From Convolutriloba macropyga (Eukaryota): a stretch of DNA of 46,617 nucleotides. Within the stretch, counting starts at the first letter, position 1; every line of letters begins with the position of its first letter. Under the pieces are notes generated by a model that had not been told where the DNA came from, did not search any database, and worked only from the letters and a program-made list of their open reading frames with translations. The translations under genes and the position numbers were made by a program. The stretch covers positions 11,425,384-11,472,000 of the forward strand of contig NC_134479.1 of the NCBI RefSeq assembly GCF_964194025.1. Direction: 5' to 3'. Shown here piece after piece: positions 25,144 through 35,731 of this stretch.

Positions 25144-28100
25144 CTAATAATGCCTTGCAGTTTTAAACACTGGTTCTTCTGGTTCGCTTTCACTGGCTTC
25201 CTCTGCTTCAAAATTAATAAACGGGTTATCGGGACTGGAATTTTCATCCGAAATTGCATCAAAACCAACCAAATCCCTGCTCGCAATATCCGAATCGTTT
25301 ATCAATTCAGCAGCTAGAAAACCAGGGTCGGGTGGCTGCCATGTGTTGGAGCTTTGGTTGTTGGTTTCTGGAGACGATTGTGGCACAACGAAACTGTTAT
25401 CCCACTCAGGACTCGAACTTAGCTGTAAGTCACTAAAATTGCCAGAACTTTCATAATCCCACTCCACATCGTCGTCGCACCAATTTATTTCATCTATAGC
25501 ATAATCGCCCAGTTCATAGTGGCCAAAAGGGAGGGTTTTTATGCCATCGGGTAGTATGTAGCGTTTATTATCAAACGCTGACAGGCAGATTTTGTTTGTA
25601 GTTACTGTGCGCAACGAGTGGTGGTCAGAAACAATCCGGGTGTTCTCTGCACGTACACTGTTACCTGACAGCAGGGTATTCACAAAGTCTGCATGTCGTA
25701 GATGTTGTTGAGCAGCCTTCGTCACTCACTTTGCTGAGATTTTTCTACAACCTGAAAAGATGGAAAGAAAATGAGAAAAAATAGGCTCTATTTTGATTAC
25801 TAACCCCCTATATAATAACAATACACACTAACAACTTCCAGATGTTTACTAACCAACTATATATATTTATAGTAAAACTAATATTATTGATTTCAAGGAA
25901 AATAAACTTACTTGTCGACAGAATGGAGTAAAGCTTTGGCTTTAGGCAGATGAATTCGGTAATGTAGTCGCCGGCGAATTCATCCTTAAATTTAAGGACT
26001 ACTTTCTTATTACTGGCATTAAACAAGAAATGATCAGACGGGTAGTTTGAAAAATCGAAATGGCTCAGAACTGACTGCGGCTTTTCTGATAATTGCTTGT
26101 AGAAGTCCGGACTTTGAACAGAATATAAGAGGCTGTCCGTATCACTATATAATAGGCGACAGTTGAAGTTTGCACGCATGACCCGATTGTGGAAATAATA
26201 CATGTGATATTTCGCCAAATCTTAGATGGTGGCACCCACAACAGTTGGAGTGTTCCAAAAGATAGATTTTGAGCGTGTCGTCAAAGCAGCCATGTTTTCA
26301 CCGAATATCATGTAGCAGTCAAACTCGAACTTAGACACTACATTCAGCACTTGTTCAGCGTTACGCGTGATTGTATTTTTACTGCGACGTCGCTTAGATT
26401 CGCAGTTCTTGCCGTATACAGCGTTGTTCATTAACTTGCAAAAATTCTCCTCAAACTTATTAGCTGCGACTTGTTGTTTTTCACTGTTTAACGTGATATA
26501 TGGTGATAGCCAGCTTTCTTGGCGGAACTGCAGTACTCTATGCACTTTTTTGATTACAAGTCCAAGATCAATATACAGTTTGAGCAGTTTGTAGTGAACC
26601 ACATATCTCTCCTTATCAAAAAACGTTTGTAATAATTTCTTCGCTTTTGATGTGGGCAGGTTGTGTTGCTCTTTCAAATTAAGTTGGTATTCTCCCAACC
26701 ACTCCTCTTCAACAATGTCCTTGGTAGGGGCCAGGGGGAAATCCCGGTGATCGTCATGCAATCCTGGTGGGTATGAAAGATCGACCTCCACAAAATATCC
26801 CACGCTGGCGTTGTCGGGTGTGTCTAGGACCTCTTTAATTGTAACTTCTGTGTTGAATGCGAACTCTGAGAGGGGGAGTTTTTCAAGTTGCATCTCTCCT
26901 CCGTGTAAGTTGTTCGCATCAACACAGAAACCAAATTGATGATCTTCTGTGCTAATGTAGTTTGGAATGTATTGGTTATTAGCAATGAAGCACCGGTTTT
27001 CGTAGACAGAGGTGACGCCACCGCGGATTGCAGGCTCGATCATATCTAGATGTTCTCGCTCTGTCAATAACTCGACATTTGCTTTGCAGATCCTCAATGA
27101 AGCCTCTTTGGCCATATTGGGTAAAGTAAAAAAGTGCATGCAGTCCAACTTATAGGTAGTAAAACTCAATTCTCTGTGAAATTCACAGACACAGGCCAAT
27201 AGTGCGCAGTCTAATTTTAAGTAAGCGTCGTGGTAATCTTGAAGTGTTCCACAGCCAAGAATTTCCCACGTCCTGCTTGCATGATCTAAATTACTTTCTG
27301 TAATATTCACATTGCCACCGTCTAAGGTGTTTCCCCACTTTTCTAGTTGTGGTAGTTGTGTGTCAGAGAACTTGGCACGACTACTCATATACGAATAGGG
27401 ATAGTAGCCTTTCTGTTTTAGCAGCTGAATATTTTCACCCGAGACCGTCGGAAACATTGACTTCATTGTTTCAAATTGATTCGCCGGGAGTATTTCTACG
27501 AGTTTTTCAAGTGAACTATTCATCATTTTCAAGGAGTCGATGATCCGTAGATATTCATACACCTTCACCGTTGTCCCTTTTTTGTTAACAAATGTGTCAA
27601 TGAGCACACCAAAGGTCATAGATATATATTTTTCGTCCGTGGCTGGTATGACGCTGATAGTCGTTGTTGGTTCACAGTTGTTCAGAGCTAGGCAAATGTG
27701 GTGTTGGTCATAATTTTGTATGTTATGACCTACGACAGGAATGAAATTGATGTTTCTCCTTGCTCGGTTGCACTTTTCATGCGCCCACCCAAGAAATTTG
27801 CCACTATAGTGACAATGGTCTAATTCAATCGAGTTTTCTGGGTCTTCGACTTCCGAAAACGGTTTCTCACAAATCCAGCATTGTGTAGCTTGAGATTTGT
27901 CCAAACTTCGCCTGTCGCCTTTGAAAAACGGATATTTTCTTTTTTGCTTGTGGATGTCTCTTGCAAGCTTGTGTAGCGCTTTCACAAAATTAGCCATACA
28001 GTCCTCAGAACTGTCAACTTGGTAAAAAATTGGTTTGTTGGAGTGGTGATCAATTACTGTTATCGCAAACCGACACGGTTCATGAATCTCCTTTACTTGT

Positions 28101-29503
28101 GTAAATGCTCTGTTACTAGGTCCTTTGCATCCTGACACGGGTCTAAGAAATGACTCAAAGTCGAAATATATTACTAAAGGTACGAACCAAGTTGCAGAGA
28201 GGTTTGTAAATTTGTATGAATTTTGATCGCTTGAAGGCATGTGAATAACTGCGGGAGCGTTGTTGCCACAGTTAATCATGTGCACATTGTAACTTTCGAG
28301 GCCGTCTCGACATATCCAAAAGCAATTTCGAAAGATCCGAAAACAATAACGGAAGTCAACACGTCGTACGTAGCAAACGACTTTTACAAGGTGATTAATC
28401 AGTACATAGTGGTGATGATCGTGATCATACAACAAAATTAGATCCATTACAAATTCAGATTCGTATGATGAAATTTTAAGAGGAAAAAGTTGCCCGTTTT
28501 CGTAGCCAAACACATTAATTTGAACATCATTCAGTTTTTCGAATTAGGGAATATCTTCAAAGCCCATAGGCATATCGAATTCACCTAATGGTTGATGAAT
28601 TCCCGGTTGATTGTAAGTGGTCGGGGATGTTTTGGCAGTTTGGTAGTTCTGATCAACTCTGTCCAGACTTACTCCGTGATGTAGATGATATGCTGCTACA
28701 TAGCAATATCTGAAGCACTGCTGGTCTTCATGATTTCTAATGTTGAGCAGACCGCGACAATTGGCAATTTTAGTTGGCAGTGCAATATAGGACGAGCCGC
28801 GAATTGGTCTGAAACGTGCGAATTTGACATCTACTTTCAGCCTTTTTTCCAGTACCCATCCACTACCCATCGAAGCAAATGTCGTTAATACGCTCATCAT
28901 TTTTTCGACCATTCCCCAGTAGGCTGCAATCGTGAGACCGTTTGCGTAGACTGGAGTCATAAGTGTGTTGGCGTATATTTCGATGCGCTCATCTTCTGCA
29001 TTATCAGGCTGGTCATTGTGGTACTTTATCAGCTGTAGTTTTGCACACAACTGAACCTTCTGTGGCCCATGGCATAACTGCTCATTTATGAGGCTATCGA
29101 TTTTGGGTTTTTGAGCACGCATGAAGTTTTCAAGATCACGTGCTTCATCTGCGTCAGTTGTTTCAAACGTTCGCAAGAGGCCGTTGAAAGCACTTTCCGG
29201 TGGCGTATCTCTTGGTTCGAACTCTTCGCCAAATACGGGTAGAGAGTGCACAGAGTCCATATGCTGAGCATACAAGTGAGAGTCATTAAACCCAAGATGG
29301 CAACTGCAGCAACAGTTGGTGAATCGCGAGTGTTCGGTCCTCATGTGCTGCTCGAGATTCGAGATTTTTCGCGAAGTAAATTCGCATAATGAACACTGGT
29401 ATGTGGGTAAACCAAGTTCATCCGGGTGGAATTGATGTTCATGTCTAGTCCGATTGCTAGCTGTACTGAGTGAAGAATCGCAATAACGGCAAGGGTACAC
29501 CAT
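25144..29503 (-). pseudogene. Protein-primed family B DNA polymerase (pPolB), ~1399 codons after splicing; three in-frame nonsense codons and one intron
   Basis: ORFs 28544-29614, 26222-28513 and 25808-26218 share one frame and are separated only by TAA codons (EDIP*FEKLN, GATI*DLAK). Motifs are IYFDFES (ExoI), GHNIQNYD (ExoII), YLKLD (ExoIII), DANNLHG, KLMNNAVYGK, YSDTDS and KPKLYS. The last exon is 25144-25751 (ISAK*VTK...LSAFDNKRYIL). Confidence 0.95.
25752..25911 (-). other. Predicted 160-bp GT-AG spliceosomal intron in pPolB
   Basis: The donor is ACAA|GTAAGT and the acceptor is a pyrimidine tract plus TCTTTTCAG|. Removing the intron joins KPKLYSILST to SCRKISAK(*)VTKAAQ in frame. Confidence 0.85.
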
Positions 29504-31315
29504 TTTTAACTTGAATAGCAACGAAAGCTTTAGCTTGAGTAATAACAATTCAACTTTGGAAACGAAAGAACAGAAAATGGTTTCTGGGTTTTCTGAAATT
29601 TTAAAATGCTGCAACCTGATTGGTCGGTTTTGGCGGGCTTATTTTATTTCGAATTTTTGTAAAATTTTATATTTTAAAGCTAAATTTTTTCAATTTATTT
29701 CTCAAGATACCGTGAGAATAGGTGAGTGAGCAACTGACAGACAGAATGCGATGACTTTTTAAAGCAAAAAATGTAATTGGTTTGCAATTAAACGTGTTCA
29801 ATTTTGAATAAAACCCCACATAAGGGCGTTGTTTGACTACTGTCTGAAAGTGAATGTCATAGCAACGCTACGCAAAAGTTGTGGGAATCAAAAATGCTTG
29901 TGGCATCATGAAACGTAGGACCCCATTGAAAAAACTACTCCAGCATCATCAGAAAAAAAGTTAGTTTTTTCTGTCAATCAAGTCGTAAATTGTCAAAACA
30001 TGACAATTACATGACAGTTACACATGTTTTTTCTTTAAAAGCATTTTTCGATGACAGGTCTCAGAATAGAACTTCACATGATGCCGCCGGGGATTGCAAA
30101 TCTGCAAAAAACGGGGTTCTAACTCCTTTTTATCAGGTAGTTGGTGTTCTAATTAATGCCAGATGTTAATGGGACATGAATGGCCAGATGGTTTGGAAAT
30201 CGGTGAAGGAGCAGTTTTTCGACCTCGATGCTTATGAGCAAACTTGTCAAGCATAGCGAGGGCATTGCAAATCTGCAAAAAAATTGTCAATTTTTTTTAG
30301 TTAATTAGTAATTTGGCTGATTAAGCGCTAATTAGCTCCTAATTAAGGGCTAATTAATTCATTAATTATTTGTCTAAATTTGACGAGTGTGATGAGAGTT
30401 TTTGTAGCTCATTGTCTGCGGATGCCAATGAAACACTCCTTTTCATCCCAACTGTTTTTTGGAGCCCACTTTTTGGGGTCAAAGGTCACTGTTAATATGT
30501 TAAAAAACAGCAAAAAATTGCGTTTTTTAATGTTTTTCTCAAAAAATTTTTCTCAAACATCTTCTTTTTTAGCATCAGAACAGCCGGTTGGCAATTAGTT
30601 GATGATACCACATCCTTCTTTTACCGTGTTTTTGATAGTTTTACTTGTCATTTGATGTATAAATAGTACAATTTCAAAGTTTTCACCTAAGATTTACATT
30701 TTTTTGGCACTTTTAAGTTACTTTTACTGCATTTCTGTCATTTTTTTTTACAAAACGAGCGAGTATTATTGTTACGTATTACAACATGACACCTAACCAT
30801 CCATCTAAACACATTTTGCAAAATCTTATGACAATTTGTTGGATTTTCATTCCAAGAAAATTTGATTTTTTTTGTGATTTTTTTAAATTTAGTTTTACAA
30901 TAGTGCTTATTAGGGACAAGTTGATAGTATTAGTTGCTATTCAACACAGCAGCCGAAGAACTCTTTGCAATGAATTGAGTAACCAGGAAAAAAGTAGCAA
31001 AGATTTTGTTTTTCGTGGTTTATGTAATATATTGAAGCAACTAATTCTTACTGTTTTACGTTGAATAACTTTGTAAAATCCAATTCAAAGCACTCTATGA
31101 AGGAGCATAATTAAACAAAAGTTGAGACTTGATTTTTAAACGTGATTTCCATTGGCTAAAATTCTAGGTGCCTGCTCATGGGATAATTCAAAAGACAGAA
31201 CAAGTTCAAACATGTTCAATTTGAGAAAAACTGAAATCTTTGCAAATTTTTCATGTATAAACACCAAATAAACGCTTACATATAATTACACAAAAGAAAT
31301 AAATTATGGGAAGCT

Positions 31316-32095
31316 CTAAAATGAAGCAGAGAAAGTGATGCTGATAAAAAGTTTAGTCTTCAAAAAGCACCGAGAGATTAAAACCGACTTTCTTCTTTTA
31401 GGTGCTCTGCATACTTTTGGCGTCTCTAAATTGTTTGGAGGGATAGCCTTATCTTCTCCATCGCTCTCTGGAACTGGTGTTTTTGGTGATTCAAAGTTTG
31501 CCTCTGAAAGCATTGTAGTATCGGGTGTTTCTTGGCTTGTCGTTCCAATTCCAAATATACAAGGAACCTGATCTCTACTGAGTGCTGCGAAAAATGACGG
31601 GCTTGAGCTCTGAGGCGTTGTTGTGGCGCTAGGGTCACTCAGTGGAGTTGTCCTTAAGCTTTGCCCTGAAGAAATTGTTGGTGATGTAGGCGATAATTGA
31701 ATGCCCCAAAGACTGGCTAAATTGTCACGAGCATCTTAAGCTCCAAGTTGGTTTTCGAATAGTGGCACACAATTGCAATCATACTTGAAGAGAAGTTGCT
31801 TTGTCTCATCGGGTAATGTTGCAATGTCTTGAGGCTCACACGATTGCAGTTGTTGTGGAGGCACTAGACCACCAGAAGTTATAATACTTCCATGGGCAGG
31901 TAAGCTTTTTCCCGGCAAAGTGGCAACAAAATCGATAATTGGTTTTGGTATAATGAAGCGCTCTGATGTAATCCAATTTTTCTCAGAAAAGTCTTTATAC
32001 TGTTGAATAAAAACAACATAATTTTCGTACATAGTCTGATATACTAAAGTCCTTTGCCAGGACTCTTCAGAATCAGAGAGCAAATAAAAAGACAT
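31316..32095 (-). pseudogene. Maverick accessory ORF (~259 codons, one in-frame stop), globular N-terminus and S/T/P-rich tail with a PKRRK basic motif
   Basis: ORFs 31736-32176 and 31316-31513 share a frame, and reading through the TAA at 31736-31738 gives a continuous open frame. The ATG is at 32095. Confidence 0.55.
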
Positions 32096-32741
32096 TCTGA
32101 AATTTTGAAATTTCAAAAATTGTTCAAGCAAGCAATCGAGATCAGATAAAGAAAGAGATTGAAAGATAGAGAGCAACTAATGCTTCAGAGGAAAATGGTC
32201 GTAGTTGTTAAAACTAATTTGATTTTATGGTTCAGGCACTTCCTTAGGTCACAATTGTTTTCAATCCGCTAACTAAGATTTTGATCCCTTGCATATTACA
32301 CACAGGAAGACAAATTTATTGAAGCTAGCTGTTATCAGTGCACCAGACCAAAGTTTAACGACATATATTTATATGTCCCATGTTTAGTTTTAAGCTGTTT
32401 TATGCACACAACTTTTCTACATTTAGTTTTCCTTTTATTGCATTCTTTTCCTAGTGTGTATATATATTCCTATCAATTTGATCTCTGACCTTAATTGTAA
32501 TAAAGTTTCATGGACCCAACATGTTTCACTGCACGTGTTAATATATAAACAAACAAACACGTGCTTTATAGAATAGTAGTTTTCTACATGTTCAGTGTTC
32601 CTTTGGCCCAGATTTTCTGACACGTGTTTTATGTCTTTTTATCAATTTGATCTTTGAACTCTTTTTGCAATAAAATTCCATGGACCACGCACGTGATACG
32701 CATGTGTTTTACAGAGCGGTTTCCAAGTTAAAATGAATTAA

Positions 32742-32776
32742 CAGACTCAAGTACGCCGCTGGCGTACTTGAGTCTG
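32742..32776. repeat. Perfect 16-bp stem, 3-nt loop hairpin in the divergent intergenic region of the Maverick
   Basis: CAGACTCAAGTACGCC-GCT-GGCGTACTTGAGTCTG. Confidence 0.95.
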
Positions 32777-32945
32777 CATTTTCACACATGTAAACCTGTT
32801 TGCAATTAAAGACAGAGACGACACTTGTTTAATCCAAGCTTGCCAAGCCACTTTGGAGTGAGTGTTTCTTCGAGGTGGTCTGTTAAATTTTATATCGCAT
32901 TTCAAAAGAACCTGTTATCAGTATAACCAAAGACTAAGTTGAAAT

Positions 32946-33254
32946 ATGCCGTTATCTGCCACAAAAGATTCTGAGTTTGGGGATAGTTATTATGATATTT
33001 CAAAGACGGAAAAACGTCTAATCAAAATTTATGAGAAGACTGGAACGTATGTGTTTCTGAAACTATTCAAGAAAGTTGACGACGATTACGAATTTCAACA
33101 ACGGCTGTCACTGACTACCGAAGAACTTGATAAACTTATTAAAAAAGCGCCAAAAATTAGGGAAATTTTTCCACTCAGTTCACAAGAAGCTGAATCAAAA
33201 TCGAAGACTGACAGACCTTCTCCTGCTAAGAAAACGAAATTTAGCGCAACATAA
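32946..33254 (+). CDS. Putative PC4-like ssDNA-binding protein (102 aa)
   Basis: Intact ATG ORF. The segment YDISKTEKRLIKIYEKTGTYVFLKLFKKVDDDYEFQQRLSLTTEELDKLIKKAPKI follows the PC4 pattern (strands, then [IL]SLxxE..L helix). C-terminal PAKKTK is NLS-like. Fold is judged by eye. Confidence 0.55.
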   Translation: MPLSATKDSEFGDSYYDISKTEKRLIKIYEKTGTYVFLKLFKKVDDDYEFQQRLSLTTEELDKLIKKAPKIREIFPLSSQEAESKSKTDRPSPAKKTKFSAT

Positions 33255-33259
33255 AAGTC

Positions 33260-33985
33260 ATGGTTGAGGCAATGTTTGAGCGTTCACCTAGTTACTTCAA
33301 ACAGTTTCATAAACAGTTTAAATTTTTAGTCACTAATGAAAAAATTAACTGGTCAAGCGTGAAAAATTTTGCAGTGTGTTCCCATTTCGATTCAGAATTT
33401 TGTCAGTTGACAACAACGACATCTACTAACCATTTTCATGTTCTGATAGATACATCAGAAGCAGCAACAACTTACGATGACATTTTCAAACGAAACAAGG
33501 CTTTCCCCGTATCTTGTCTTTTCACAACTTCTCGATACTTGTTTTCATCAGCAGTGGATTTGGAGACAAAAGGCGATGTCTTTTTTAAATTGAAGTTAGC
33601 AGTTGATTTCAACATTAAGAACGAAGAAAAACCTGAGGCTGCAGCAACAGTGCGGAAGCGTTTACCAGCAATTGTTACTTTATCACAACAGCTACAAACG
33701 AAAACTGCTGGAAACTCAAACAAAAATAATGGAAATATTGTGAAGTCAGTGAAAACAACGGTGGCGCAGAAGTCAGTACACAACATGATTTTGCCGGGCA
33801 AGCAAACTCAAACAGACAATTTCAGTAGTGAAACTTTGCGTAGATTTGAATCAATTTTAACTGGTCCTCATTCTTGTGCTTTTTGTCGGATTATGGATAT
33901 TTTTGTGAGTGGTTATGGAAAGTTGAATATTGATACTGATTTGTTGTTCATTCGTTTTGTGTATGAAGAAAAAATTAAATTTTGA
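33260..33985 (+). CDS. Putative HUH-superfamily (Rep-like) endonuclease domain protein (241 aa)
   Basis: Intact ATG ORF starting 5 nt after the upstream stop. It has FLVT (22-25), AVCSH (38-42), HFHVLID (58-64) and RYL (Y93), in the order and spacing of rolling-circle Rep motifs I-III. No Walker A motif. Confidence 0.5.
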   Translation: MVEAMFERSPSYFKQFHKQFKFLVTNEKINWSSVKNFAVCSHFDSEFCQLTTTTSTNHFHVLIDTSEAATTYDDIFKRNKAFPVSCLFTTSRYLFSSAVDLETKGDVFFKLKLAVDFNIKNEEKPEAAATVRKRLPAIVTLSQQLQTKTAGNSNKNNGNIVKSVKTTVAQKSVHNMILPGKQTQTDNFSSETLRRFESILTGPHSCAFCRIMDIFVSGYGKLNIDTDLLFIRFVYEEKIKF

Positions 33986-34017
33986 AAAAATTGAATTTCA
34001 TTCAAGCATTAGTAGCG

Positions 34018-34448
34018 TTATGTCATCATCATATGAAGAGCAAACCGTATCAAATCATTATCACTACATTTAACAATGGGCTGAAAACTGAAAATAAGAT
34101 GAGCAATATAAATACAAAAAAGTCCACATAGTTTTGAGTCTCGACTTTGTATGGGCTGGTTTTCTAGAACTTGACATAGCTGAACATCTCCTTGGGTAGA
34201 AACCCGGGGTAGAAACTAGGGTAGAAACAAAATTGCTGCCCCAGAGGATCGGCAAAAATCAAATTCTTGTTTTTGACGCATAATAGGAGCCAATGTGTTC
34301 CAGCATTGTCAGACGTTGATGCATTGACTATTATAAACGAATTTGGTTGCAAAATTTTAGGGAAATTATTTGCTGCAATGAGACCCAGAAATTTGTGCTT
34401 CAGTTGCTTGCAGCGCTGTATTAAATCATTTACTTCGTCTTCGTTCAT
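34018..34448 (-). pseudogene. Adenain-like cysteine protease, frameshifted
   Basis: IIVN...AGTHW (His) and FADPLG (Asp), then in another frame QPIQSRDSKLCGLFCIY (Gln and Cys), with a stop at 34018-34020. The start overlaps the capsid stop (TAATG). Confidence 0.9.
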
Positions 34449-35731
34449 TAATTTGTCAATATATGGTTTTTCAACACACTTCGTGCACTGTCAACGTAAA
34501 TTGTACTTGTTTTTTCGCCAATTATAAAAAATTCAATATTGTTTTGAAGAGCCGTTGAGAACTTCAGTTCCACTGTTATTGAACTGTTTGTCAGCTCCGG
34601 GTGAATAAAATCATGGGAAGCCTGTTGCGTGCTGGTAAGGTCAAAAACCATAAGGAAATGGCTGGGATACTCGCTCAGTTTAATTCCATGACCGTTGTCA
34701 ATATAAGCCAAGTCGGATATTGTGTTAAAATAGAGACGTTTATCGCCATCTGTTGATATTGGACTATCCGCTACAGGCAGTCCGTTGCGATATATATATA
34801 TTTTTTCGAGACCAAATTTCCCATAATGAAACGGGTTGAGCATGTTATTGCCTAAGTAAGCTTCGTTAGTGTTTAAACAAATTGCAAGTCTGCGAATTGG
34901 TTCCCGCGAGAAATTATCCTCTTGCTTCCAACTATGGAGACCAGCTGAAGCCAAAAAAGTTTTTGTTATGGTTTCGAAGTAGGGATAAGATGCAGGACTA
35001 CTTAAAAAGTTTTTTTCAATGGCTGACATAACGTCATCATTTAGCGTCATCTTGCGGACATACAAATTGGCCTCTCAAATTTCTACATTGTAGTGTTTTG
35101 CAGGGTCATCGGACATGATGACAAAGTCATCAATAGAGCGTCTGAAAGCATTGCGAAGCGTAACACCGCTAAGCAGATGTCGATCACAGGTGAAGAAGTC
35201 AACGGCAACTTTTCCATAAAAAGCGCATTCGGCTGATTTTTTAACTAATTCTTTTCTCCTGTCAATTTCTGTTGTAGTTGACGTAGCCTTGACATGCTAG
35301 CCGTGTGTTTTTTGCGTCCTTGTTGTGTGAAAATTTGGTCTCGATAAAACATGCGCATAGTTGCCGTTGGCATTTGATATTTTTAGTCCATTAGCAGATA
35401 CGGTACAATCAGAAAATAATGAATGTAACACCTTGTTGCAAAAGTATGGAGCATCCGTATTCGCTTTGTCAGTAGGAGCTCCTGCATCATATTTCAAATC
35501 AGCTCCAGACGACTGAACAATTTTACGTTTGATTTCGAGAAAAATTTTTTGTAAATCTATTAAATTGTTTCGATCACCAGAGACTTCAAGTTCTAACATA
35601 GGTCAATTTGGACTGTAGACAGGCCCCAATTTTTGGCAGAAACTTCCATCAAACGTTAATAAGAGAGCTGGCTTTTCAAATGAATCCAGAGAACTGTGAG
35701 TTGCTTCTGTTGGCAACAAATTAGCGATCAT
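34448..35731 (-). pseudogene. Major capsid protein (double jelly-roll, Polinton PY/hexon-like), disrupted
   Basis: The N-terminus MIANLLPTEATHSSLDSFEKP is followed by LEVSGDRNNLIDL, LHSLFSDCTVSANG, YVRKM, GNNMLNPFHY, FLMVFDLT and VELKFSTAL, which are typical Polinton MCP segments. It has one stop and several frameshifts. Confidence 0.88.

Noticed and set aside
32291-32299. GCATATTAC as a CRESS-type nonanucleotide origin
   Set aside because: No convincing flanking stem, and such a match is expected by chance in AT-rich DNA.
33472-33801. 109-aa minus-strand ORF and similar antisense ORFs across the Maverick
   Set aside because: They overlap better-supported genes on the opposite strand and lack motifs.
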